Shown here piece by piece: positions 11,989-20,727 of a stretch of DNA of 64,000 bases. The stretch is from Acidobacteriaceae bacterium. Lineage in GTDB: Bacteria > Acidobacteriota > Terriglobia > Terriglobales > Acidobacteriaceae. The notes under the pieces are model-generated. The model made no database searches and was not told the origin of the DNA. It was given only the letters and a program-made list of their open reading frames with translations. The DNA lies in NCBI GenBank assembly GCA_035605855.1, contig DATNGO010000025.1, positions 1,887-65,886 on the forward strand. Reading direction: 5' to 3'. The first letter of the stretch is position 1. Each line of letters begins with the position of its first letter. Both the position numbers and the translations under genes were made by a program.

Positions 11989-12057
11989 AGCCGCGAGGGC
12001 TTTCTAAGCGAAATCCAAGCCAAAGATGAGAAAAAGCAAAGGATCCGGGTGACAGGC

Positions 12058-12085
12058 AAAAAGAAAGCCCCTGTCTCCAGGGGCT
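12058..12085 (-). terminator. intrinsic terminator between the sigma54-activator operon and fliA
   Basis: AGCCCCTG-gaga-CAGGGGCT then TTCTTTTT. Confidence 0.85.
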
Positions 12086-12188
12086 GCGTTGAAGTCGGTT
12101 TCTTCGTCGTTGGTAAGACGGATGCGAAGGGCAAACGTCACGTTGTACCCTGCATGGAAAATTTTCTTTCTTCGCGGAACGACGGTTT

Positions 12189-13481
12189 TTAGCCCCGCGG
12201 ACGGCGACGGCAGCGGATGTGCTCGGCGGCGATCTCCGGGGCATCCGCGGCGAGAATGACGGCACGCTCGAGGACGTGGGCCAGTTCGCGAACATTGCCG
12301 GGCCAGGCGTGTTGTCCCAGGGCCTGGAAAGCGCAGAGTGAGAGGCTCTTGCGGGGGGCGTCGGCGCCCAGCCGGGCGAGCAGATGGCTGGCCAGCGCCG
12401 GCAGGTCGTCGAGACGTTCGCGCAGCGCAGGAACTTCGAGTGGAAAGACGGCGAGGCGGTGGTAGAGGTCAAGACGGAAGGCGCCATCGACAACCCGCTG
12501 CTCGAGGTCGCGATGCGTGGCGGCGATGACGCGGACATCGACCCGGGTGATCTCGTTGTCACCGATGCGCTGGATCTCGCCGCACTCCAGGAAGCGGAGA
12601 AGCTTGGCCTGAACGGCGAGCGGGAGTTCGCCGATCTCGTCGAGGAAGAGAGTGCCTCCGTGCGCTGCTTCGATGCGGCCGGTGCGGGCCTGCACGGCTC
12701 CGGTGAAGGCGCCGCGTGTGTGTCCAAAGAGTTCGGCCTCGAGGAGCGCCTCGGGGATGGCGGCGCAGTTGAGCACGGTGAGGGGCTTTGAGGAACGGCT
12801 GCTGAGGCGGTGGATCGCGGAGGCGACGACCTCCTTGCCTGTGCCGGTCTCGCCCTCGATGAGCACCGTGGAGTTGCGCGGCGCGACGAGGCGGATAAGC
12901 TGCGTGAGCTCGCGCATCGGAGCGCTCTCACCGATGAGGCCCGGGATGGGCAGCGTGCGTACCTGTGAGGAGCTCGCGGCGACGGAGATTGGCGCGGTTT
13001 TGATGATGGCTGTCGGGATATGCGACGCGGGCGTATGGATGAGAACCGCGGCCGGCGGTGCCCCTTGCGGCGGGCCCCATGGTCCTGATCCGGTGCGCGG
13101 GAGGAGGCTGGGCGCAGCGTTCCACGCGGCGGTGTCGGTCTTCACCTGCTGAGCCTCGCGAAGCGCGTGCAGCAGCTCGTGCCGGTGGGTGCTGCGCGTG
13201 CTGGTGAGCGCGCCGCCGTCCACGCTGAGAACATCGACCGCGGGGTACATCAGGGCGATGTGGCCGGCGAGTTCTGCGGCCTCAAGATCGGGAAGCCAGC
13301 CATCCATAAGCAACGCGTCCGAGGGTTGGTGCTCCAGCAGCGTGAGGGCCTCGGCGCCGCCGCTGGCCTCGTGAACACGCCAGCGCAGGCCGGTAAGACT
13401 CTCGCGCAGGCGCTGACGCAGCGCGGCGTCTGCGCTGGCGAGAACCACATCTCTCTCTGTACCCCTGGCGGCTGCACTCAT
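12189..13481 (-). CDS. sigma54-dependent activator (degenerate receiver + AAA+), no C-terminal HTH
   Basis: GETGTGKE, ELFGHTRGAFTGA, LFLDEIGE, WPGNVREL; ends about 25 aa after LERA; N-terminal DALLMDGWLPD receiver-like segment. Confidence 0.93.
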   Translation of the reverse strand: MSAAARGTERDVVLASADAALRQRLRESLTGLRWRVHEASGGAEALTLLEHQPSDALLMDGWLPDLEAAELAGHIALMYPAVDVLSVDGGALTSTRSTHRHELLHALREAQQVKTDTAAWNAAPSLLPRTGSGPWGPPQGAPPAAVLIHTPASHIPTAIIKTAPISVAASSSQVRTLPIPGLIGESAPMRELTQLIRLVAPRNSTVLIEGETGTGKEVVASAIHRLSSRSSKPLTVLNCAAIPEALLEAELFGHTRGAFTGAVQARTGRIEAAHGGTLFLDEIGELPLAVQAKLLRFLECGEIQRIGDNEITRVDVRVIAATHRDLEQRVVDGAFRLDLYHRLAVFPLEVPALRERLDDLPALASHLLARLGADAPRKSLSLCAFQALGQHAWPGNVRELAHVLERAVILAADAPEIAAEHIRCRRRPRG

Positions 13482-13717
13482 GCTGCTCTCCCCTCTGTTC
13501 CTTCGATCCTGACTCGTATGCGGCGGACCCACTCCGTCAACTCCAGTGAGTCGGCGAGCGCGCCTTCAATGGTTTCGCGCAGCTCTGCCTCGCCGCCGCG
13601 CCGGCCGAGCTCGAGCCGCCACTGCAGGCGCGTGAGCGGCTGGCTGAGATCGTGCAGGTCCTGGCTGAGTGAGTGGCGAAGTGCACGGGGCTTCTCTGCC
13701 TGGCTCGCAGCGGTCAT
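13478..13717 (-). CDS. stand-alone HisKA/DHp-like protein (79 aa)
   Basis: H-box LHDLSQPLT..Q..LE followed by a second amphipathic helix; ATGA overlaps with both neighbours. Confidence 0.75.
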   Translation of the reverse strand: MTAASQAEKPRALRHSLSQDLHDLSQPLTRLQWRLELGRRGGEAELRETIEGALADSLELTEWVRRIRVRIEGTEGRAA

Positions 13718-14454
13718 GCGTTCACCACCGCGGCAAGGTGCGACGTGGAGATGCCGGCTGCGGCCGGCAGCTCGGCGGGGCGGGTGCCCATGCGGTAGCC
13801 GATGCCGCGGACCGTCTCGATGAGGGCTGTTGGCGCGTCAGAGACTGCACCGAGCTTGCGACGCAGATAGTTGACGTAAACATCGAGAACGTTAGTGGGG
13901 GTCTCTGGGGCCATCTGCCAGACCTGCTCGAGGAGCTCGGCGCGACTGCATGCCTGGCCGCGGCGCAGCATCAGCGACTCCAGCAGGGCGAACTCCTTGC
14001 CGGTAAGCTCGACCGGGATGCCGGCGCGCTCCACGGTGCGACGCAGGCGGTCAAGCGACATGTCATCCCAGCGCAGGACCGGGTCGGCATAGCGCTCGCG
14101 GCGGCGCAGGATGGCGCGGCAGCGGGCGGTGAGTTCCTGAAAGCTGAAGGGCTTCGGGAGGAAGTCATCGGCGCCGAGGTTGAGGCAGCGCACGCGCTCC
14201 TCGACCTCGCCGCGGCCGGTGAGAACCAGCACGGAGGAGCGTGGAGACTCCTCGGAGAGAACAGCCAGAACCTCGCGGCCGTCGCGCTGCGGCAGCCCCA
14301 GGTCGAGCACCACCAGGTCCGGCTCCCAGCGGCGGGCGCGTTCGACGGCAGCATCGCCGTCCCCCACCCACTCCACTTCATGGCCCTCGAAGGTCAGGCC
14401 CCTTTGGAGAAAGACTCCAAGGGCGCGATCATCCTCCACTATCAAAACACGCAT
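13714..14454 (-). CDS. OmpR-family response regulator
   Basis: VLIVEDD, VLDLGLP, GADDFLPKPF, wHTH NVLDVYVNYLRRKL...TVRGIGY. Confidence 0.95.
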   Translation of the reverse strand: MRVLIVEDDRALGVFLQRGLTFEGHEVEWVGDGDAAVERARRWEPDLVVLDLGLPQRDGREVLAVLSEESPRSSVLVLTGRGEVEERVRCLNLGADDFLPKPFSFQELTARCRAILRRRERYADPVLRWDDMSLDRLRRTVERAGIPVELTGKEFALLESLMLRRGQACSRAELLEQVWQMAPETPTNVLDVYVNYLRRKLGAVSDAPTALIETVRGIGYRMGTRPAELPAAAGISTSHLAAVVNA

Positions 14455-14721
14455 TCGCTGCTCCTTACTCCTCAACTTGCTGGTGCCCTACGGTTCCCTG
14501 GGAGGAGCGAAGCGACCGATTGAAAACAGCTGGAATTAGCTAAGTGTTTTCTTAGCCGATTCTTCTATTTTTCTTCGTGCAAGTTTCGCTGACTTGCTTG
14601 AGTTGAAGATGCGCTCTGTTGCGACATAAGACAATGAAAAAGTGGGGTGGAATTAAGGTTCCGGTTTCATTTCGGGAATCGGCGCCGGGGCGCAAAACAT
14701 GAGCCAGATTTAACTTTTGAG

Positions 14722-14768
14722 GTTCCTTTGCAGGTTCCTCTTGCAGTTCGCCTTTTATTCGCTACAAT
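14722..14768 (+). promoter_or_regulatory. lexA promoter with overlapping candidate LexA operator
   Basis: TTGCAG (14741)-16 bp-TACAAT (14763), 6 nt before ATG; GTTC-N7-ATTC at 14746-14760 plus GTTC at 14722 and 14734. Confidence 0.7.
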
Positions 14769-14774
14769 GACCGC

Positions 14775-15380
14775 ATGGCGATTACGCGTCGGCAAAAAGA
14801 GGTTCTCGACTTCCTTTCCAGCTTCACGGCACGGCATGGCTACTCGCCCTCCTATGAGGAGATGGCCGCCGGATTGGGGCTCAGTTCGCTGGCGACCGTG
14901 CACAAGCATGTGACCAACCTGCAGAACAAGGGACTGCTGCAGCGGGCGCATAACCGCAGCCGCTCGATCGACGTGTTGCCGCAGCGCTCGCAGAAGAAGA
15001 GTTTCGATCGCCTGCCCTTGCTGGGCCGCATTGCCGCCGGCCAGCCGGTCGAGGCCATCGAAAACGCGGAGAGTATCTCGCTGGGTGACATCATCGGCGG
15101 CCGCGAGGTGTTTGCCCTGGAGGTCCGGGGGGATTCCATGCGCGATGAACACATCGTGTCCGGCGACTTTGTGCTGGTGGAGCGGACGCGGACGGCGCGC
15201 GAGGGTGAGATCGTCGTGGCGTTGATCGACGGCTCGGATGCGACGCTGAAGAGGTTCTATCGCGAGGGCAGCCTGATCCGGCTGCAGCCCTCGAACACGG
15301 AGATGGCTCCTATCTATGCGCCGGCCACGAATGTAAGCATCCAGGGCAAAGTGCTGGGAGTGCTGCGGAAGTACGCCTGA
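14775..15380 (+). CDS. lexA: SOS repressor LexA
   Basis: T.RQ.EVLDF..GYSPS.EE, cleavage site GRIAAG, catalytic GDSM and ATLKR. Confidence 0.98.
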   Translation: MAITRRQKEVLDFLSSFTARHGYSPSYEEMAAGLGLSSLATVHKHVTNLQNKGLLQRAHNRSRSIDVLPQRSQKKSFDRLPLLGRIAAGQPVEAIENAESISLGDIIGGREVFALEVRGDSMRDEHIVSGDFVLVERTRTAREGEIVVALIDGSDATLKRFYREGSLIRLQPSNTEMAPIYAPATNVSIQGKVLGVLRKYA

Positions 15381-15457
15381 CGGGCCAGCGCCGGGAACCA
15401 ACGACTGTCTGACTGCGTATTCAGCTTCGTCCCGTATTGCGAAGCTGGAGGCCCGCG

Positions 15458-16672
15458 TTGAACTCGTCACGTAAGTCCCGGAAGCGGCTTTGGGTCATCC
15501 TTGGCACAGTGGCAGCCGTACTGATTGCCAGCGTCATCTTCGTGGCCAAAGCGCTCTCGACCCCCGACAAACTGGATCCCTCGCAGCTCGGCAAGGCCCA
15601 GGTGGGCGATATTGCGCGCTCGGTCGTGGCGACGGGTAAGGTCTGGCCGATTACGCAGGTTGAGGTGAAGTCGAAGGCCAGCGGCATCGTCACGAAGCTG
15701 AACACCGACATCAACCACACGGTGCGTGTTGGCGAGGTGCTGGCCCAGCTCGATCAAGAGGAAATTCTGGACGAGGTGGCGGCGGCGAAGGCGCAGTTGC
15801 AGGCGGCCGAGGCCAACATGAAGTCGGCGCAGGCTGCCGTGGCTTACGACAGGGTGGCGGCCGAGGCGCCGGACCTGCCCGACTGGGAGCGCAACTGGCG
15901 CCGCGCGGCAGAGATGGAGAAGTCAGGCGTGCTGTCGAAGCAGAACGCGGACCAGGCGCAGCAGCAGTACCTTTCAGCCGCGAACGCGCGAGATCGTGCA
16001 GTTGCGCAGATTACGGTGGATTCGGCGAAGCAGCGGCAGGCGCAGTCACAAGTAGCGCAGGCGGAGGCGTCCCTAAAGCAGCTTGAGGAACAGCTTTCGT
16101 ATACGACGATCACTTCGCCGATTGACGGGGTGGTGCTCTCGCGTGACGTGCAGGTGGGTGACGCGGTGAGCTCAATTCTGGTGCTGGGTTCGACGGCAAC
16201 GCTGGTGATGACGCTGGGCGACACGCACGAGGTTTATGTGAAGGGCAAGGTCGACGAGTCGGACATCGGGAAGGTGTATCTTGGCCAGGCCGCACGCATC
16301 AAGGTGCAGAGCTTCCCGGACCGCACGTTCTACGGCAAGGTGACGAAGATTGCACCGCTCGGCGTCGAGAAGGACAACGTGACGACCTTCGAGGTACAGA
16401 TCTCGATCGACAATCCTGGCGGCGAGCTGAAGGCGAACATGACCGCCAACGCCGAGGTTGTGCTCGAGGAACACAAGCATGTGCTCACCGTGCCGGAGCA
16501 GGCCGTCCTCTACGACAAAGACCGCAACGCCAGTGTGTGGGTGCCGGACCCGCATGGCAAGGACGGCCATCGCGTGGTGAATGTAAAGACCGGGTTGTCG
16601 AATGGCAGCCGCGTTGAGATTACCTCCGGCCTGAAGCCGGGAGATACCGTCGTCCTGCAACAGACATCGTAG
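15458..16672 (+). CDS. efflux RND/ABC periplasmic adaptor (MacA-like)
   Basis: N-terminal TM, lipoyl halves VEVKSKASG / ITSPIDGVV, coiled coil, LKANMTA; GGAGG before TTG 15458. Confidence 0.92.
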   Translation: MNSSRKSRKRLWVILGTVAAVLIASVIFVAKALSTPDKLDPSQLGKAQVGDIARSVVATGKVWPITQVEVKSKASGIVTKLNTDINHTVRVGEVLAQLDQEEILDEVAAAKAQLQAAEANMKSAQAAVAYDRVAAEAPDLPDWERNWRRAAEMEKSGVLSKQNADQAQQQYLSAANARDRAVAQITVDSAKQRQAQSQVAQAEASLKQLEEQLSYTTITSPIDGVVLSRDVQVGDAVSSILVLGSTATLVMTLGDTHEVYVKGKVDESDIGKVYLGQAARIKVQSFPDRTFYGKVTKIAPLGVEKDNVTTFEVQISIDNPGGELKANMTANAEVVLEEHKHVLTVPEQAVLYDKDRNASVWVPDPHGKDGHRVVNVKTGLSNGSRVEITSGLKPGDTVVLQQTS

Positions 16673-16757
16673 GATTTTTACCGCAACCGGCTGAGCACTG
16701 GAAGCAACGCCAACACAAGATGCGTGAAGCAAAGTTCGCAGCGCAATGGAGAACTCG

Positions 16758-17615
16758 ATGAACCTTCGACCGCTACTTCTCACAGCAGTACTCAGCGTCA
16801 CCACGATGGCACTTGCCGACAACACCTTTGACAAGACGCTCAACGTTTCGGGGCAAGCCGATCTTTATGTCTCGACCGGCTCGGGCAACATACACATCAC
16901 GCCGGGCAGCGGCGGTCAGATTCACATTGTGGGGCACGTGCACGCGGGATGGAGTTCGTTCGGTGATGTGAACGCGCGCATCCAGCGGATCGTCGACAAC
17001 CCGCCGATTGTGCAGAATGGGAACTCGGTGCGTGTGGGCGAGGTTACGGATCACAGTCTGTTCAACAACATCTCGATCGACTACGACGTCGCCGTGCCGG
17101 CGGATGTAGCGCTGAACCTGCACAGCGGATCGGGTGATGTCGAAGTCAACAACGTGGGCCGCTTTGTTTCCGCGGGCAGCGGATCGGGCAATGTTCGGAT
17201 TCGCGGCACCCATGGACCTCTTGACGTTGAATCAGGCTCGGGTAACCTGCAGATTGACGATGCGGGCGCCGGCGACGTCAAGGCGAGGACAGGCTCAGGA
17301 AACATCCGCGTCAACGGGTTCAGTGGCGGCTTCACCGCAAAGACTGGATCCGGCGATGTCGAGGCATATGGCCGCCTTCAGGGCGGCGGAATGATTTCGG
17401 CGGGCTCCGGCAATGTGCGGCTGCACCTCACGCCCGACTCGCGCTTTACGCTCGAGGGAGCTACAGGATCCGGCGACATTCGCGTGCGAATGCCTGGTGT
17501 GGTCGCGGCCAACACTGACACCTCGCGCCACCACGTCACCACGGAGGTGAACGGCGGCGGCCCGGCATTGCAGATTCGCACCGGATCAGGCGATATCGAC
17601 ATCTCGCCGCGCTAG
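16758..17615 (+). CDS. DUF4097-like beta-strand repeat exported protein
   Basis: Signal peptide and many xTGSG(D/N)(I/V) repeats. Confidence 0.88.
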   Translation: MNLRPLLLTAVLSVTTMALADNTFDKTLNVSGQADLYVSTGSGNIHITPGSGGQIHIVGHVHAGWSSFGDVNARIQRIVDNPPIVQNGNSVRVGEVTDHSLFNNISIDYDVAVPADVALNLHSGSGDVEVNNVGRFVSAGSGSGNVRIRGTHGPLDVESGSGNLQIDDAGAGDVKARTGSGNIRVNGFSGGFTAKTGSGDVEAYGRLQGGGMISAGSGNVRLHLTPDSRFTLEGATGSGDIRVRMPGVVAANTDTSRHHVTTEVNGGGPALQIRTGSGDIDISPR

Positions 17616-17679
17616 TGGCAGTCATCTCGATGCGCAACCGCCGGCCGCAGGGGCAAGCTTCTGCGGCTAGACTGTCTGG

Positions 17680-18402
17680 ATGGAACACCCGCGGCTGCTC
17701 GTATTCGACCTCGATGGAACGCTCATCGACTCCTCCCTGGATCTCTGCAACTCTGTGAACGCAGCGATGCAAGGCGTAGGCAAGAGCACGCTGCCGAATG
17801 CGGTGATCGCGAGTTATATCGGCGACGGCGCGGCGATGCTGGTGCGGCGGGCGCTGGGCGATCCGGGCGATCTTGATGCCGCAAATGCCCCCGCTGGAGA
17901 CGCGCTTTTTCATCGCGCCTTTGAGCTGTTCCTGGAACACTATCGCGAACACAAGCTGGACAACACGCGCTGCTATGACGGCGTGCTCGATTCCCTTCGT
18001 GTGATTCGCGAACGTCACCCGCAGATTCCAATGGCGGTGTTGACGAACAAGCCCGTGAAGCCTTCGCAGCAGATCTGTGAGGCACTGGGGCTCGCTCCGT
18101 TCTTCTTTCAGAACTACGGCGGGAACTCCTTCACGACAAAGAAGCCGGACCCTGAGGGACTGCTGACGCTGATGCGCGAGACGGAGGCTCTTCTCAAAGC
18201 GCGGGATTCTGCTGCGCCTGCGCTTTCGCCCGCGGAGGTGGTGATGGTCGGCGACTCGGATGTAGACGTGCTGACCGCGCGTCGCGTTGGCGCGCGTGCC
18301 ATTGGCTGCCTGTTCGGTCTGGCTCCGCACTCCCTGGATCGAGTGCCACCGGATCGGCTGGTGCAGCATCCGTCCGAGTGGCCGGATGCGCTGGGGCTCT
18401 AA
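17680..18402 (+). CDS. HAD hydrolase, phosphoglycolate phosphatase-like
   Basis: FDLDGTLIDS, VLTNKP, KKPDP, MVGDSDVD. Confidence 0.92.
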   Translation: MEHPRLLVFDLDGTLIDSSLDLCNSVNAAMQGVGKSTLPNAVIASYIGDGAAMLVRRALGDPGDLDAANAPAGDALFHRAFELFLEHYREHKLDNTRCYDGVLDSLRVIRERHPQIPMAVLTNKPVKPSQQICEALGLAPFFFQNYGGNSFTTKKPDPEGLLTLMRETEALLKARDSAAPALSPAEVVMVGDSDVDVLTARRVGARAIGCLFGLAPHSLDRVPPDRLVQHPSEWPDALGL

Positions 18403-18926
18403 CTCTTCCAGGCTCCGAGCACGCGCCGCAGCAGGACCAGCTCACCGACATGATAGGCGTTGTGATCGGCGATGAGCAGCGCCTCGCGAAGCAGATTCTG
18501 TCCGTCACCCCACTCAAATGGTCGAATGAGGTTGACGTCGTCCACCGAGTCCACGAGGCGCTCAAATGTCTCGCGATCTTCGCGAATCTGCTGGACGCTC
18601 TTCTGCCACGCGTTGGCGCTCGGCGGCTTCGGGTCACTGGGCCAATAGTCGTCAGGCCACTTGAGCTCGCGATAGCTTCCGTCATCGTTGCAACTGAATT
18701 CGAGGATATCGCGTTGCGCGATGCGCATGTGCTCCAGCAGCTGCCATGCCGAGTAGGGCATTCCTTTGGGCACCACACCGCGCAGTTCCTCGGGTATTCC
18801 CTTCACTGCCTTGTCGAAGCCGGCATGCGCCTGACCGCCATCCATCAGGGATTTGAGTTGAATTCGCAGCTCTCCGCCCAGGCTGCGTACCGCGGGTGTC
18901 GTTGCACTTTTTTTCGCTCTGGTCAT
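18399..18926 (-). CDS. DinB family protein
   Basis: AH...YSAWQLLEHMRIAQ.DIL...LREALLIADHNAYH.G. Confidence 0.85.
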   Translation of the reverse strand: MTRAKKSATTPAVRSLGGELRIQLKSLMDGGQAHAGFDKAVKGIPEELRGVVPKGMPYSAWQLLEHMRIAQRDILEFSCNDDGSYRELKWPDDYWPSDPKPPSANAWQKSVQQIREDRETFERLVDSVDDVNLIRPFEWGDGQNLLREALLIADHNAYHVGELVLLRRVLGAWKS

Positions 18927-18950
18927 TCCTGTCCCTCACCTGCTCGCAGG

Positions 18951-19868
18951 TCATCTATCACTACGATGCGCGGAAGGCCACAGCCAGGCGGCGCCGCGGA
19001 CTCCGCTGGAATCGCCGTGCAGGTTGCGGCGAATAGGCGTCTCCACGCCGCCGCCGAAGCCGTAGTCGCGCAGACGTGCCGCGATGCCTCCGCTGTAGAG
19101 GCGGCCGATGCGCGAGAGTCCTCCACCCAGCACGATGACGTCGGGATCGACGATGTCGACGACGGTGGAGAGGCCGCGGGCAATGCGATCTTCGAGACGA
19201 TCGAGCGCCGCTTCGGCCTCCGCGTCTCCCCGAGCAGCTGCGGCGACGATCTCCGCACTGCGCAGCGAGCGCCCGGCGACGTGCTGGAAATCGCGTTCGA
19301 AGCCAGGGCCGGAGATCCAGGTTTCGAGGCAGCCTCGGCGTCCGCAGTAGCACTGCGGGCCGGGCCATTCGCCGGCGACCGGCCATGGAAGCGCCGTGTG
19401 ACCCCACTCGCCTGCGAGACCATTGGGGCCGGTCAACAGCGCTCCCCGCACAACCACGCCGCCGCCGCAGCCGGTTCCGAGAATGACGCCGAAGACCACC
19501 TCGGCCCCGGCCGCGGCGCCGTCAGTCGCCTCGCTGATGGCGAAGCAGTTTGCGTCGTTCGCACAGCGCACCTCGCGGGAAAGAGCATCGCTGAGATCGC
19601 GCTGCAGCGGCTGGCCGTTGAGCCACGTCGAGTTTGCGTTCTTGACGAGGCCGGTTGCCGCAACGATGGTGCCGGGAATGCCTACGCCGACCGTTCCCTG
19701 GGCTCCAATGCCGTGCTCGAGATCCTCAACCAGTGCGGCGATCGAGCGAACGGTTCCGGCATAGGCCTGCTGCGGCGTAGCGATGCGAACGCGGCGGAGC
19801 TCGTGGCCAGTATCGTCAAGCGCGAGCGCCTCTGTCTTGGTGCCGCCAAGATCGACTCCAATTCTCAT
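18951..19868 (-). CDS. ROK family sugar kinase (fructokinase/Mak-like)
   Basis: GVDLGGTK, NDANCFA, ILGTGCGGG, GEWGH, CYCGRRGCLE. Confidence 0.93.
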   Translation of the reverse strand: MRIGVDLGGTKTEALALDDTGHELRRVRIATPQQAYAGTVRSIAALVEDLEHGIGAQGTVGVGIPGTIVAATGLVKNANSTWLNGQPLQRDLSDALSREVRCANDANCFAISEATDGAAAGAEVVFGVILGTGCGGGVVVRGALLTGPNGLAGEWGHTALPWPVAGEWPGPQCYCGRRGCLETWISGPGFERDFQHVAGRSLRSAEIVAAAARGDAEAEAALDRLEDRIARGLSTVVDIVDPDVIVLGGGLSRIGRLYSGGIAARLRDYGFGGGVETPIRRNLHGDSSGVRGAAWLWPSAHRSDR

Positions 19869-19963
19869 CTGCCCTCCACCAACGCGTAGGTTCCCCGGCT
19901 GCGCGGGAAGCAAGCGCCGGAGAGGGCAGTATAACGACGCTGAAACGCTGCGCGAAGGAAGTG

Positions 19964-20395
19964 TTAACGCGATTCGGGGGCTGGGGATGTGCTCTGCGGC
20001 GTCGCAGGGAGAGTGTAGATGACCTCGCCGGCGCGCGTGTAGTGCAGCTCTTCACGAGCCTGATGCTCGATGGCAGCAGGGTCGTTCTGCAGCTGGTCGA
20101 CGTGCTCGTGAAGGCGACCGTTCTCCTGCTGCAGCTGCTGCGTCTGAACCTGCAACTCGCGGGCCTCTTCGCGTTTGTGGACGAAGGCAGTGAGTCCGTT
20201 GTGGCCGAAGACGACCCCGTATCCCATCACGACAGCGAGCACACCTGCACCGAGCGTCGCCACCTTGCGGCGTGACTCGTAGAGCCGGGAGCGCACAGCA
20301 GATACGACTGCGAGCACTCCCAGTTTTCTCGGATTCTTCTGCTGTTTGCGCAACGGCCCCAACCTGCGGGTGGACTCGGTCTCAGTATCTCGCAT
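19964..20395 (-). CDS. ftsB: FtsB/DivIC septum formation initiator
   Basis: Single TM, G..G, leucine-zipper coil, IEHQAREELHY...GEVIY. Confidence 0.85.
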   Translation of the reverse strand: MRDTETESTRRLGPLRKQQKNPRKLGVLAVVSAVRSRLYESRRKVATLGAGVLAVVMGYGVVFGHNGLTAFVHKREEARELQVQTQQLQQENGRLHEHVDQLQNDPAAIEHQAREELHYTRAGEVIYTLPATPQSTSPAPESR

Positions 20396-20502
20396 TTGAT
20401 GCAGGAAGTTTCGCGGGATGCCACAAGGCTGAACCACATTCGTCATCGCTGTGGCAAGCGGCTCTCCAGGTGCCGGGACTTTGGTATTCTGTGCTGCGAC
20501 CG

Positions 20503-20715
20503 ATGCGGATTCTGTTTGCCATCTCGCTCGTCGCACTTGCGGCACTCCTTTGGGCATCGGTCTCGATCACGCAGCACGTTTACCGCTCGCGCCGCAGACA
20601 GCGCACGCTGCCGGGTAAGGCAACGCGGCGGCCCCTCACAGCAGTTCCCCCGGCACCCGCGTCTTCGGACTCCGGCGCAGCAGAAGATACGAGTCACCAA
20701 CGCAAGGCTTCCTGA
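20503..20715 (+). CDS. small single-TM hypothetical protein
   Basis: MRILFAISLVALAALLWASVSITQH followed by a basic tail; ends 12 nt before bioY. Confidence 0.55.
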   Translation: MRILFAISLVALAALLWASVSITQHVYRSRRRQRTLPGKATRRPLTAVPPAPASSDSGAAEDTSHQRKAS

Positions 20716-20727
20716 GACTCAGAGGTT

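Noticed and set aside
12120-12170. GGGCAAAC resembling a c-di-GMP-I riboswitch near fliA
   Set aside because: On the opposite strand to fliA and lacking the second stem and tetraloop-receptor features.
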